A DNA stretch of 64,000 nt from Porphyridium purpureum (Eukaryota), in contig VRMN01000006.1 in NCBI GenBank assembly GCA_008690995.1, positions 434,001 through 498,000 of the forward strand. Reading direction: 5' to 3'. Below the pieces are notes generated by a model. The model did no database searches. It saw nothing but the letters and a program-made list of their open reading frames with translations, and was not told where the DNA came from. Below, in pieces: positions 1 through 11,789 of the stretch. Numbering within the stretch: the first letter of the stretch is position 1; each line of letters starts with the position of its first letter. The translations under genes and the position numbers were made by a program.

Positions 1-1230
1 CACGTGGACTGCGGCCAAACTTCCACAAGTCCGCGCACGAGGCAGCTACTGCTTGCTGCGTCACCACCCGTTTTCCGGTCCGTGGCTCAGCCTTGGCCCG
101 TGGGACGATGCAGCGTCATATTTGCCCTTGGCCATCCGTTGCACGAATCCCTTTCCAGGTGACCAAGTTTGTCGCACTACCAACACAACGGCTGTCTGTG
201 CAAAGTAGTCGGGAGGGCTGGGCGCTTGGCCTCTAGCTCAAAGCTCTCAACTTCGTACACATGCTCTGCGCATAAGCCACAGTCACGACCCTACTTCTGG
301 ACCATCACGCCAGGGACCTCGCCGATACGACGCACTCTCTCGCAGCCAAGGGGGCGATGCTGTCTGGGCGAAGGAAGCGAGCGACTCGGTAAGCCTTCCA
401 GCCCATCCTCACCGACGTGGTCTACCAAAGCTGAGCGCAGCTTGGCAAAGGAGACGCTCGCAACAATCATACGGACTGTCTTTTTTAAGAACATTGTCCA
501 TAGCTTCGATCAATACTTCCTTCATGTCTTCGTCGTCTATCTGCAGCACGTCGGCTTTGGCCTCCCGGTTATTCAGGAAGACAGTCAGGCTGGCCTTTCT
601 CGTTCGGAACTTTGTGCGGTGGAGCTCGATCTCTAAAGATTGACGGTGCTCGACGTTGAGAAACATGGACTCCAACGCCTTCCACACACGGTCTTTGCTG
701 CCCCTGGCCTTTGTCCATCAACATCCTTGATCACGGCTTGGTACCTGGGCATCTATTGTCCACCAAATATGCGCTGCTGTTCTCTGCGACGTTATCCCTT
801 GCCCAGCAAAGGGTGCAAGCGTTTGATTCCCAGACGGTCCGTGACGCGAGAGTATAAGCATTATCCGATGCCTTCATTAGAACTGTAAGACTGCGAACCA
901 CCTCGCAAAAGGTTGCCTCTAGTTTGAACTCCCAGAAAGACTTGTCCATTGCACGTCCGGAGCTTTCCGCCAAAAGGCGCCTGTGCGCTTGAGCCGCCAC
1001 TTCAACAACACGAGCGCAAGGGCCTACCACTTCGGCTCCGCCTCGTGCAGCTGGGTCCCCAAGCGGGACATCCTACTCTGCGTCGGCTGCTGACCCCAGG
1101 TGAGCTGGCACGCCCATTTTCTGACGCTGGCCATCGGCAAGATCTCTTAGGCCCCGGTCCCCTCGCCGGCAGCAGTCTCTAGCTCGACTGTATTCTTCAG
1201 TGAACACCAACCAAACGCCAACCCAACACG
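1..1230 (-). pseudogene. gag: Decayed gag of a B-family Ty3/Gypsy element (frameshifted)
   Basis: ORF fragments 731..1030, 409..687 and 291..494 closely match the Gag of element B (MDKSFWE, WKALESMFLNVEHRQ, KLRSALVDHVGEDGL) but are split across frames. Confidence 0.85.
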
Positions 1231-1761
1231 TTCTCCGGGGGTCCCTTGCCCCGAAGCCACACACCAAAGACACAACCAAAGACATCTCTTCTTCTTCTCT
1301 CTTATTTTTCTTTCCCCTCCCACTTGGCCGCACCGCCATCCGACGGTGGGCCTGGTATACTAGTCTAAAAGACTAAGGTAACCAACTCCTCAGTTATTAC
1401 GAGGGAATTGTACCGTACTGTGCAGTTCCATTAGAAAAGTCCTTTTAATTAACTGGTGGAATGAAGGGAGGGGACATGGTAGAACAGATCTACGCTTGCC
1501 TCGTCAACCAAGGATCCGCTTCGTGGCTCGTATTTCAATATTATTCACTCATCCTATGCGCCCGAATGCGTTGTCCTCTCGCCCGAATCGTAGCCGAACG
1601 ACCCAAACACAAGAGACGACAAGACGAAGACGCAAGAAACCAGATGGTGCGAGAGGGAAAAATCCCGTGTCTAGCGAGACTACATCTTATTCTTCCCGTT
1701 GGCCGCCACAGGACCGGTCTCGACAGGGGGCAGAGTGATGTAACCCTTATTCAGGGCCAGC

Positions 1762-2028
1762 TGTCATACCCCCAGACGCACTATCCGGCAGTGGTCTGGT
1801 ACACAAGCTCTGCAAATCCCGCCACGCTTTCGAACGACCGCTCTCGTCTCTTCTTGCTTTTTATTCTTCCCTTACCTCTGCTTTGCTATCTTGAAAAACC
1901 AAAGTACCTGGCGATCTACCCCTGCTTTTATAGCCAGAGTCGGCTCGAGGAGAACATCTCCCGGGAAAAACGAGAGGAGAAAAACCTCCGCCGACTCGCG
2001 GCACTCCGTATCAAAATGTCCCAATTCA
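1762..2028 (-). mobile_element. Putative solo LTR
   Basis: TG...CA termini flanked by CCAGC (1757-61 and 2029-33); TATAAAA on the minus strand; the boundary is ambiguous because the duplication extends to 10 bp. Confidence 0.5.
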
Positions 2029-4007
2029 CCAGCTGTCAAGCTTGCAGCGTCCGCGTCACGACGGCGGCTTTGTGCCCGTCGCTTCCATGTCAGCCTTCCC
2101 GAAAACAGTCGCCAACACATCCCTCCGCAACACAACCGCGATTTCCAAAACCATTACCAGATCTCCCTCAGCTCTCGGCGCCAGCGAGCTGTACCTTTCC
2201 ATGCTCCTCCCGAGCGCGTCGAGAGCTATACCGCAGAAACATTCGGCTCAGGCTTACCAGGATCGAGCATCCACTTCTCCATCACGCCAAATTTTACGGG
2301 TCCCAGGGGCTTCGTGAAGATATTCGCTGGATTGTCGACCCCATGCACAAACATCAATTTGCAGTTCCCATATCGTTGCTCATGGTATACTTCGTGCACC
2401 GCAGCCACAGAAATTCCATGACCCTTTCGTAAGTGCGTTACGTTTGGCGAAAATCCCTTTTCTACCCATGCTATGGCCACTTCACTGTCGCAATGCATCA
2501 TGCCACAGACTTGTGATTCTGACCCACGCTGATCTGAGTGCAGCAACTCTTTAACAAGGTTCAAGGCCGGCAGTAGCCCACTGAATGTCGCTTCGTGTCA
2601 TGCAATAAACTCGGCTTGTCCTGTTCAAGTTGAGACGACTTTCTGCCTCCTTGAACACCATTCTATAAGGTTCCATAAGTTTCCTCGTCTCACGTACACA
2701 CAGTATCCCGTGGTTGATTTCCTTGTGACCGGGCAGCCGGCATGATCTGCGCTACAGTGCACGTGCACTTCCGTATTCGTAGAGTGTCCTTCGATGTCAG
2801 CCTTCGTTCGACCAAACGATATCTGAGTCGTGGGGTTGGCTCTCAGGTGGCGAAGCAGCTGAGCCAGCATTCTATCCATGGCAGCATTCCATGCGTCCGC
2901 TTATCTTGCAAGATATGCAACTACAAATGCAATGCTTGGTTTCGTTGTTCGGGCCGCGCAAAGTAGTTTCCGAACTACTTTACGCACATGCTCGCAATGT
3001 CCCACTTCTTCACACAATGCAGCTTCTTTATCATCCATTGGGCTGTTCATCGACTTGTCACTGGCATATTTGTGATAATCGTCGACAGCCTATTTGACAT
3101 AATGTGTGCCGTCAAGTGTAATCGTTGTGCTTTCTCGTGTCACAAGCATACCAAGATAGGCGACTTGTTCCCCATCACGGAAAAACTGAGGCCTTTTCTC
3201 AATCACGAAGTCTTCACACAACTCCTTTACAACACTTCGAACTTGGTCATGCCGACCAGCTGTCATACAGTCAACAACATGCACCACCAACGCAGATTGA
3301 TGACCGTCGCTGTGCCGAGAGAATGTGCTTCGTTCCTGACTCAAAGTTTTCCAGCCGTGCTCATCAAGCTTACTTCATGCATGCTCCGCAAAGTCTGACC
3401 CAGATCTGGGAAGACCATTCACTGCTTTCTTAAGAGTATCACATGTCCGGGCCTTCCTCCAGCTTCCGGCGGCAGCCACGTGAATACGGGTGGTCGACTG
3501 ATTGGCGCCTGCAAGTAGGCGCTTGTCACGTCGATGAAGTAGATCTGCTCTCCACAAATAATATGCAGTGCTATCACACTGCGGCGCGAACGCAGGCTTG
3601 CCGGCGCGTCATATGGCATAATCGAAGTGATCACCTTCTTCACGCAATCATATGTTCAATTGCCAGCAGCTACCAATTTGCAGCTCCACACATGATATTC
3701 TCTTCTGAGCTGCACACTCTTCTACACGAATATACAATACCACCTCACAATTACAACTCCAGGAACTGCTCGCGCAATTTCAATGGGAATCGCGTCTCCC
3801 CCTCCCCCCAAGCAGCGACTTACTTAATCGCTGTCATTTCCTTCTCCAGCGGGCCATGCGCTTGCACGTCCTTCATCGCCTCCTTGACCGTCACTAATTT
3901 TGTGACCCCGCACCGTATTGCAGTGATCGCTTCTTCCTCTATGAACCTTTTTTCATGCTTCTTCATTACTCACAAGTCCCTCCGCGAGGGACTCCTCCTT
4001 GTGCACT

Positions 4008-4289
4008 TGTCACGGACGGTCCTCTCAAGCGACCGCCGTCTTTCGCAGTATAAGTCTCTCCTCTCTCTCTCTCTCTTCCTTCAACGCCCGTGCTGTCTTT
4101 TGTGGCCTCTCTTGTTATATATACGGATTATGCCTACCATCAATTTAACGGTTCCTTGCACCGACTTCTTCAGCGCACTGATGTGCTCGCTTTGGACCGT
4201 TAAACCAGTAAACCGATAATCTCAGCATCGGTTAAGCCGTTTTGCGATGAAATCGCTGAACCATTACCATCTTTTTGTGTCCCGTGACA
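4008..4289 (-). repeat. 3' LTR of element A
   Basis: Direct repeat of 10225-10506; preceded on the minus strand by the purine-rich AAGTGTGGAG. Confidence 0.95.
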
Positions 4290-4842
4290 CTCCACACTTA
4301 AGCGTAACCCGACTCAAGGCGACCTTGTTCGTTATTTTGGGTGTGACCAGCAATAGGTACAGTATCGTGCTTTCCACTGTACTCATTGAGTGAACCTTAT
4401 CCAGGGTACACTTCGACGATCTCGCTGTCAGTCGTTGAGGTCGAAACATCAAGGGCGGTGAGGTCTTCAAGTGAAGGGCAATCGTGAAGTGGGGAAGGGG
4501 TTCCCCCATGCGCCTGTGCGCGGCGACGTACGCCCTGGCACGGGCGGGTGTTGCGGTTGTGGCCGCTTCAGATGCCGTGCCCAACAGCGGGAACGAAGAC
4601 CTACCGAGTCCAAGCGTGAAGTGGGTCTCGCGAATGAGATACCCCGTGTCGGTGCTTTTCTTATGGGGCGCACGTGGTACATAGTGGGCTAAAGACGGCG
4701 TGCGATGCACGTATACTGTTATCCATGGTCCCTTTAGGTGGGATCGCACGGACTAATGCAACTTTTGTATCATTTGATCGATTGTGATTCCATTGTACTG
4801 CAATTTTTGAACTTTCGCGGCGCCGCTACGATCTGTCCCGAG

Positions 4843-5226
4843 GTAGCCACATCGAGGCACTGCCGTCACAGTTCCTCGGCATCACGGCGCTGTTACAAGC
4901 GATCCGCGGTAACCACATCGAGGCACTGCCGTCACAGCTTCTCGGCATCGCGGCGCTGCTATAAGCGATCCGTGGTAACCACATCGAGGCACTGCCGTCA
5001 CAGCTTCTCGGCATCACGGCGCTGCTACAAGCGATCCGTGGTAACCACATCGAGTTACTGCCGTCACAGCTCCTCGGCATCACGGCGCTGCTACAAGCGA
5101 TCCGTGGTAACCACATCGAGGTACTGCCGTCACAGCTCCTCGGCATCACGGCGCTGCTACAAGCGATCCGTGGTAACCACATCAAGGCACTGCCGTCACA
5201 GCTCCTCGGCATCACGGCGCTGCTAC
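4843..5226. repeat. 66-bp tandem repeat, ~5.8 copies, in the 3' UTR of element A
   Basis: Unit GTAACCACATCGAGGCACTGCCGTCACAGC...ACAAGCGATCCGTG starts at 4843, 4909, 4975, 5041, 5107 and 5173. Confidence 0.95.
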
Positions 5227-8200
5227 GAGCTGTCCTCGCTGCTTTTTGATCCTGACGAGTCTTCGTACTGGTCGGCTTGCTGTGCACGGTAAGCAGCCAC
5301 TAAAAGGGGTGGCAATTTCTCCTCTGACTCCCACGTCGGCTTATGTGCGTCACGCCATTGAACTAAATACTGCCATTTCCCGGTTTGTAACTTGACAGCT
5401 TTGATGCATGCGATATCCCACAGCACGCTATGGCCAGAGGGCCTCTGCGCCTGGTGAGTTTCTTCAGCGTCTTGCGTGATGTCGGGTTCTTGTACCGGCC
5501 GTGAAAGCCGGTTTACATGAACCACTTGCGTCATTTCATTTTCCACGACGTTTTTGCTCTTCGATAGCTCCACGTGCGCTCCGCGTGCAGTTCTGACGTA
5601 GTACGGCCCAATCCAAGGGCGCACGAGTTTTCTGCCCATAGCCCTCAGCGCCGGGGTCCACACATACACACAGTCCCCAGGATTATATGTCACGCTCTTG
5701 ACCTGTCGATCGTATGCTTCTGCATATGCGGTCTTTGTACTATGCATTTTCTTGTACGCCTTCCGGTAGCACTGCTCCAATAGTTGTTCCACATCGCATT
5801 CTGAATCATTTTGTGCATTGCATGCTTCAGGGCCACGCATTGATGCCCAATCACGGGCTTGTTGTCCAAACATTAGCTCGTATGGCGTGATGCCCGTTGT
5901 TGCGTGGCGTGTTGTGTTGTACGCATATACTAGCGTAGGGAGCCATTCGTCCCAATCATTTAACTGCGGACTCACGAAAGCGCGTAGCATCTTGCAAATG
6001 GTTTGGTTCCAACGTTCCACTTGTCCGTTACTCTCCGGGTGATACGGCGTCGTCAGACCTCGTCTTAAGCCTAGACGCTCTGCTAAGTTTGCTATGACCG
6101 CACTTGTGAACGCCGGACCTCTGTCAGAGAATATCATTTCCGGCGGTCCGAAGATAAAAACCCAGTTCTCCATGAATGTCTTTGCGATGGTTAGTGCCTT
6201 TTCATTGGGTATCGCCACCGCTACCGTCCATTTTGTAAAGAGATCACACATGACAAGTACCTTGATATTCCCGGACATGGTTCGAGGTGATATGGTGAGC
6301 ACGTCCATACCGATGAGTTCGAAGCGTCGCTTGACCTCGTAACGCACCATCAGTGCCTTGGCCCTTCGTGGTCTGGACATCTTACCCGCAACACATTCTG
6401 GGCATACTTTGACGAAGTCCCGTACATCGCGTGCGATGCCTGGCCACCAATATCCGGCGTCCATGATTCTCGAGGCCGTTGCTGCGACACCCCCGTGTCC
6501 AGCCAACGGTGCTCGATGGTACGCATTCAATACTTGTTCAACTAGGACGTCCGGAACTACGCGAAGCATACCTGTGTGACGAAAAGCACTGAGAACAAGT
6601 CCCTTCTCGTCGAGTACATAGGTAGGATCGGAAGTTTCTCGCCCGGATTCTAGGGCTCTAAGTGCTTTCTGTATTTGCTCGTCCTTAGCGTAGTTGGCCT
6701 TGAGTTCGTCATCCGTGGGAGCCCCGTAGCCATCCTCAATCTGTCTTAGATCTATAGCAGGAGGCCTGCCTAGCCGCGATTCAATTTCCTGCTCAAGTGA
6801 GCGCTCTTTTTGAGTCGCACCGTATTCCATCAAGTGCGTCCATGTGTAACAAGCCTCCTCACCTGTCGCGTTCTCTCCGTTTATGCTTCCTCCTGGGTCG
6901 TCATCTTTGTCATTTTCCTTCTGCACAGATGCATCCGACACCGGACGGGATAATGCATCTGCTACTTGATTCGCCCGTCCCGGTCTGTACCGACATTCAA
7001 AGTCAAAAGCCAGAAGACGTAAGACCCATCGCTGGAGCCGGCTCGCTGTAGGCATTTTCTGATTAAAGAGCCACGTCAAAGCCGAATGGTCAGTATAAAG
7101 AACGAAGCGTTGACCCTGTAAGTATGGCTTCCATCGTTCGATGGCCAGAACCGCGGCCAAACACTCTTTCTCGACTGCGCTATAAGCGTTCTCTGCTCCT
7201 CGGAACCGGCGACTGTAAAATGCCACAGGGCGCTTTTCTTCACCGTGTTGTTGGTATAAAACAGCCCCAACGCCTACGTCGCTTGCATCTGTTTCGACGA
7301 TTTTATGGAGTACCGGGTCAAAGATATCCAGCACTCGCAAGTCTCCCGTCTCATCCGCAAGAGCATCTCTAAGGTCGTCGAAAGCAACTTGTTGATCTTT
7401 GCCCCATCGTACGGCCCAGTCCGTGCATCGTATCGACTGCTTTTTGTTCATACCGAGTCCTTTGAGCACCCCGCGCAAAGGTGCCGCGCGCTCTTCGAAG
7501 CGGGGAATGAAACGCCTGAACCATCCCACCAATCCGAGGAATCGCTGCACTGCTTTAGGTCCGTCTGGCGTGCCCCACGATTTCAGACCTTCTGCTTTTA
7601 TCTTCCCTGGTCGTACTCCTGTTGGTCCGACTTCGTAGCCCAAATACGTCACCGTATGCCTTGCCAATGCGCATTTCTCTGCACTAAATGTCATCCCCAT
7701 GGCGCAGAACTGTGCTAAAACACGCCTGACGTAATGTACATGCTCGGCCCACACATTTGTCGCGATTGTTAAGTCATCGATGTAAACTCGAGCATGCTTC
7801 TGTTCTTCCGGTCCCAAGGCGCTCTGTGCCAATCTTTGGAAGTAGGCGGGGCTATTGACAGCACCTTGCGGCATCCTAGCGTATTCATAGTGGCCGTTAC
7901 TTGTTCTGAAAGCCGTGAGCGGTCTAGAACCTTCATCTAATACCAACTGATAGAACCCATCCGTCATATCCAGCGTGGACTTCCACTTTCTTCGCGCCAG
8001 CCAGTCCACCATTTCTTCTACCAAGGGAAGTGGGTACGCGTCTCGTTCAGTCTGCTCATTCAAGCCACGCAGATCAGTAGTAAATCGCCACTTCCCGTTG
8101 GGCTTCTTGACCAAAACATTGGCCGCCGCCCACGGTGACATGCTGGGTTGTATGATCGCCCTCCTCAAAAGCGTAGCAACTACTTCCTGCTCAACGCGAT

Positions 8201-9002
8201 CTGCTTCTTCCGTGCGTCGCCGCACTCTAACTTGAACGGGCTTAGCATCAATCTTTAACCGGATCGATGCCTCGAAGCCTTGCACCACGCCCAATGACTG
8301 CCGGAATATCGGCCATAAGTCCCTCAAAGCTACTTTTAGTTCATCCGCTTGTTGATCACTGACATCCGTCAGTTCCATTGCCTCAATCCTCTTGAGAGCT
8401 TCCGGCATCTCGTCGATATATTTCTCCTTGAGCTTTTGCACCTTTTGGTCTCGGAGTTGTACAGACTCAATGTAATTCAACTGGTTGAGTGTATCAATAG
8501 ATGCTTCTCGAACGTGTCCTTCTCGCGTACATAGTCTGTGGACCAAAGCTTCTGATGAAAACGGTATGTCCTCGCTTGAGACATGCATGATTCGAGAACT
8601 GAAGTCTAGAATTGCACCAGTGTGATGCAGCCAGTCAGCTCCCAATATAAGCTCCCCGAGTCCCCAGAGTAACTTCACGGAAACCCACATATTCTGCCTA
8701 CCCACCAAGATCGGAAGGTTTAAAACACCTTGAACAGTCAATAAAGCACCGCCTGCGACACGTGCACGCTGGTTGCTTGCTTCCATCACGTTTGTTCCCC
8801 ATTTATGCGCCCATTCAGAATCAATCCAGGACGATTGCGCACCGCTGTCAATCACCGCATCCACATTACACCAGTCTCCGCCACGTGTTTCCATGCTCAC
8901 CCTAACTCGTGGGCACTGCATTAAGTGCACCGAACTCCACTCTCTTTCTCCAATCTGCCCGGCGGGACCACCCTGAAATGGCTCCGCCCTTATTCGTTTC
9001 CC
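5223..9002 (-). CDS. pol: Pol of element A (protease, RT, RNase H, integrase, chromodomain), reached by -1 frameshift
   Basis: VIDSGAQ...ILGADWL; YIDD; VETDASDVG; H..H..C..C; FSDRGPAF...NGQVERWN; GPY; C-terminal QYLVQW...TWE chromodomain. Confidence 0.95.
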   Translation of the reverse strand, partial: GKRIRAEPFQGGPAGQIGEREWSSVHLMQCPRVRVSMETRGGDWCNVDAVIDSGAQSSWIDSEWAHKWGTNVMEASNQRARVAGGALLTVQGVLNLPILVGRQNMWVSVKLLWGLGELILGADWLHHTGAILDFSSRIMHVSSEDIPFSSEALVHRLCTREGHVREASIDTLNQLNYIESVQLRDQKVQKLKEKYIDEMPEALKRIEAMELTDVSDQQADELKVALRDLWPIFRQSLGVVQGFEASIRLKIDAKPVQVRVRRRTEEADRVEQEVVATLLRRAIIQPSMSPWAAANVLVKKPNGKWRFTTDLRGLNEQTERDAYPLPLVEEMVDWLARRKWKSTLDMTDGFYQLVLDEGSRPLTAFRTSNGHYEYARMPQGAVNSPAYFQRLAQSALGPEEQKHARVYIDDLTIATNVWAEHVHYVRRVLAQFCAMGMTFSAEKCALARHTVTYLGYEVGPTGVRPGKIKAEGLKSWGTPDGPKAVQRFLGLVGWFRRFIPRFEERAAPLRGVLKGLGMNKKQSIRCTDWAVRWGKDQQVAFDDLRDALADETGDLRVLDIFDPVLHKIVETDASDVGVGAVLYQQHGEEKRPVAFYSRRFRGAENAYSAVEKECLAAVLAIERWKPYLQGQRFVLYTDHSALTWLFNQKMPTASRLQRWVLRLLAFDFECRYRPGRANQVADALSRPVSDASVQKENDKDDDPGGSINGENATGEEACYTWTHLMEYGATQKERSLEQEIESRLGRPPAIDLRQIEDGYGAPTDDELKANYAKDEQIQKALRALESGRETSDPTYVLDEKGLVLSAFRHTGMLRVVPDVLVEQVLNAYHRAPLAGHGGVAATASRIMDAGYWWPGIARDVRDFVKVCPECVAGKMSRPRRAKALMVRYEVKRRFELIGMDVLTISPRTMSGNIKVLVMCDLFTKWTVAVAIPNEKALTIAKTFMENWVFIFGPPEMIFSDRGPAFTSAVIANLAERLGLRRGLTTPYHPESNGQVERWNQTICKMLRAFVSPQLNDWDEWLPTLVYAYNTTRHATTGITPYELMFGQQARDWASMRGPEACNAQNDSECDVEQLLEQCYRKAYKKMHSTKTAYAEAYDRQVKSVTYNPGDCVYVWTPALRAMGRKLVRPWIGPYYVRTARGAHVELSKSKNVVENEMTQVVHVNRLSRPVQEPDITQDAEETHQAQRPSGHSVLWDIACIKAVKLQTGKWQYLVQWRDAHKPTWESEEKLPPLLVAAYRAQQADQYEDSSGSKSSEDSS
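8960..9002 (-). promoter_or_regulatory. -1 ribosomal frameshift signal of A (G GGA AAC plus downstream hairpin)
   Basis: Heptamer at 8996-9002 is in phase with the gag codons ACG GGA AAC; followed by a GGCGG...CCGCC stem; pol is in the -1 frame. Confidence 0.8.
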
Positions 9003-10090
9003 GTCTGAGTATTTCGCGCTACTCCTGGCGGAACTTGGAGCTGGTGCTTCCCTCTGAAGGGCACGTACTGTCCCCGACACGTGCGCGAAACGTGGCCTGG
9101 TGCCAAACATCGATCACATAAGCCATTCTGCCGGGAGTAGCGGAAACGCTCTTCTTGTTCCTGGGCAGTCCTTGCTTCGGACTGTCCCATCGGATTTGCC
9201 GGACTTGAAATGTTTTCTTGCCTCACCTGCGGCCAGCCCATCTGCCCCCCACGTCTCGGCTGTGCGCGCATCTTCGTATTCTCGACCAAGTACAATCGTT
9301 CGGCGGGCTGTTGTGCTGCGAACCTGGTTTTGGATGGAGGCCTTCCCTCACTGTGCCACTCCGCCGGGCGTTTACTACGCACGTCCAATCGGCTCGGATT
9401 ATTTTCAAACAAAGGCTTCTGTGACGGTGTTGCTGGTTTGCGACGATTATCCCAGCGTTCGATTGCTTGATTCGACTTGACCGCCACGTCCGCGACGACA
9501 GGGTACCTTTCAAACTTGGCTTTCAACTTGGCCACGTACTCCACGGGATCTTCAGTGGCTCGGATATCAGCCTCCATGCTTTCGCGCAGCCCTTGTGGCA
9601 CCGTTCGCGATATAAAGGCAACTTGAGTTCGATCGGGCGTGCCAGTAGCAATTGCCTTGATGCGCGCTTGCTCTAAATGAGCATGGAAGTCCGTTCCTGG
9701 ACTATACTTCATCTCAACCAAGTCGTTCCAAGCTGTGGTCTCGTTTTCGTTCGTCCAGTATATCTTTTGTAATCGGTTCCAAATTTGCTTACTGTCCTCG
9801 TTCTCCCGCGTGCCCTTCGCGACAATGTTACTTGCTTCGACCAGCTCTTGGGAGTCAAATGCCAGGTGAACAACCATAGCTTTAGCTTGCTCAGTCAGCC
9901 CGAGCGACTCAACTGTGGTTGTCCACGACTCCTTGGCTGCTAAGAAGCCACTATCACCCTTGTACTTGATCCGGATTTTGTGCGCCATGGCATTTGTCAC
10001 CAACTTGACCAGAGCTGACTTATTCTCGTCAAAGTACGGATTACGGTTGCCAGTACCCAATAATGGCGCTGACTCCATTGTATCCATTGC
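8990..10090 (-). CDS. gag: Gag of element A
   Basis: ORF 8990..10183 upstream of pol with a CCHC knuckle (CDRCLAPGHVSRTC); likely start is the ATG of MDTMES near 10087. Confidence 0.85.
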   Translation of the reverse strand, partial: AMDTMESAPLLGTGNRNPYFDENKSALVKLVTNAMAHKIRIKYKGDSGFLAAKESWTTTVESLGLTEQAKAMVVHLAFDSQELVEASNIVAKGTRENEDSKQIWNRLQKIYWTNENETTAWNDLVEMKYSPGTDFHAHLEQARIKAIATGTPDRTQVAFISRTVPQGLRESMEADIRATEDPVEYVAKLKAKFERYPVVADVAVKSNQAIERWDNRRKPATPSQKPLFENNPSRLDVRSKRPAEWHSEGRPPSKTRFAAQQPAERLYLVENTKMRAQPRRGGQMGWPQVRQENISSPANPMGQSEARTAQEQEERFRYSRQNGLCDRCLAPGHVSRTCRGQYVPFRGKHQLQVPPGVARNTQTGNE

Positions 10091-10224
10091 GACCCGTGCG
10101 TGCTTGTCGCTGGGTGTCCGAGGCGCCAACTTGCGCCGCAGCTTCGTCGATATCACCCGAGACTCGCAGTGCAAACACCACACTTATCCGCGTCCCCGAC
10201 CCGGGTGTGACAATTCCGGAATTA

Positions 10225-10506
10225 TGTCACGGACGGTCCTCTCAAGCGACCGCCGTCTTTCGCAGTATAAGTCTCTCCTCTCTCTCTTTCTCTTCCTTCA
10301 ACGCCCGTGCTGTCTTTTGTGGCCTCTCTTGTTATATATACGGATTATGCCTACCATCAATTTAACGGTTCCTTGCACCGACTTCTTCAGCGCACTGATG
10401 TGCTCGCTTTGGACCGTTAAACCAGTAAACCGATAATCTCAGCATCGGTTAAGCCGTTTTGCGATGAAATCGCTGAACCATTACCATCTTTTTGTGTCCC
10501 GTGACA
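10225..10506 (-). repeat. 5' LTR of element A
   Basis: Direct repeat of 4008-4289. Confidence 0.95.
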
Positions 10507-11789
10507 CACTGGCTTGGCATCTTGTCGCATCATTTTCAGCGCCCTACCTTGAGTACGCTTCTCTTTCCATTCCCTCCATGGGAATTCTTCAATCACCTTG
10601 AAGTCCAGCATCCTCTTAGCTGCTGACCCGTGATTCCTTTCCGTCCAGAACCGCGGCTCCACTTTTGTTGACCATGGGGATGCCTGCTGGCTTATCAACA
10701 TTTCTTTCACAGCACGCAGCCCAAACTTCGTCATGCCAAGGTCAGCTCTCAATGTCCCTCATGTCGTGCGCGCTCCGAATGGATGGAAATGTTCTTCTCT
10801 TAGCCACAAGTGCCCATAGCGGGCTTGATACGGCGTCAAACCCGTTGCACAATCACGCTTCATCCTAATTTGAATGAAGCAGAAATATTTGGGCGCGCTC
10901 GAAATATACCTTGTCGATATTCGCGTGGAGCAGTGCGATGCGGATGTACTCATTCTTGCTCCTCTGCATTCATTCATGCATTGAGTCTGTATTCGGTCGC
11001 CCAAGTATTCCTGCACGTCGTTCGACATTATGTCTTTTTAACACGGCGGCAAAAGGCCCTTTGAATTCTCGACCTGCATCAGTGACCAGCAGTTTTGGCC
11101 ATTCGCGCCCAAGTTGGTAGAGCTTGCGGGTCAACTTCGTTTCTCGTGCCCGCGAGGGACTGGTAAGCTGTTTCTCCGCTAAACCATTACAATCTTTTGT
11201 GTGCTGTGGCAAACTGCTTTTGTTCATAGTGCTTGTGTTGGTACGGGAAACGCGCGTTGTCAGCACTCTCGTGATATCGCAGCTCGTGTCCATCTTGATC
11301 CCACCCCCGTGCGACTGGCGATCCGGACATGTTCAGAGAACGCGTATGCGCTTTGCTTACCAGCTGACCTTCTCAGAAAATGCGGCCAACTGCGCAGACA
11401 GAAGCTCTGAAGGATCTTCCAACATACCCAGCCGCTCTGATGTTGCGACTATGGCCTCTCCCACAGGGGTGATGGTTCTGCGCGAGGCACCCGACGGCCC
11501 TGCGCCCGGATTTACAACCTTTGGCATCGTTTCACTCTATTCCTATCTAAACACCCGATGTCCAGACTACCGCAAGCTCGCTATCAATCCACACTCTCTC
11601 GACGTCTCCTCAACTCGCATGCCTGTCAAAGTATATAAATAGAAGTCAAGGATCAACTCGGATAAGATAAAAAACATTCGGCACCGGACTTACCTACGTC
11701 CCGAAATACTGCAACACCCGCCCGGTGCACGAAACACTTCCTGAGTGGGACGTCTCCCTGCGAGAGCCATTTACTGCAATGAAAACGCC

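Larger units (their letters stand above)
4008..10506 (-). mobile_element. Element A: intact Ty3/Gypsy chromovirus-type LTR retrotransposon
   Basis: 282-bp LTRs at 4008-4289 and 10225-10506 (TG...CA, one difference seen); 4-bp TSD CACT (4004-07, 10507-10); gag plus PR-RT-RH-IN-chromodomain pol. Confidence 0.97.
2226..11360 (-). mobile_element. Element F: decayed Copia-order pol (IN-RT-RNaseH) of the D-like family, interrupted by element A
   Basis: RNaseH motifs (SADHAGCPVTRKSTTG, IEWCSRRQKVVST, NPANIFTK) at 2226-2879; RT motifs (DVTSAYLQ, PYDAPASL) at 3090-3900; integrase core WPKLLVTDAGREFKGPF...GRPNT at 10970-11293, which matches element D (WPSVIKTDDGREFSGAF...RRPNT). Many stops and frameshifts. 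Confidence 0.8.

Noticed and set aside
1461..2432. 323-aa plus-strand ORF
   Set aside because: It crosses LTR-like sequence and the antisense strand of an RNase H relic; no domain.
4843..5226. 66-bp array (and the 31-bp array at 32748) as a CRISPR array
   Set aside because: The units are contiguous with no unique spacers, there are no cas genes, and the context is a eukaryotic retrotransposon.
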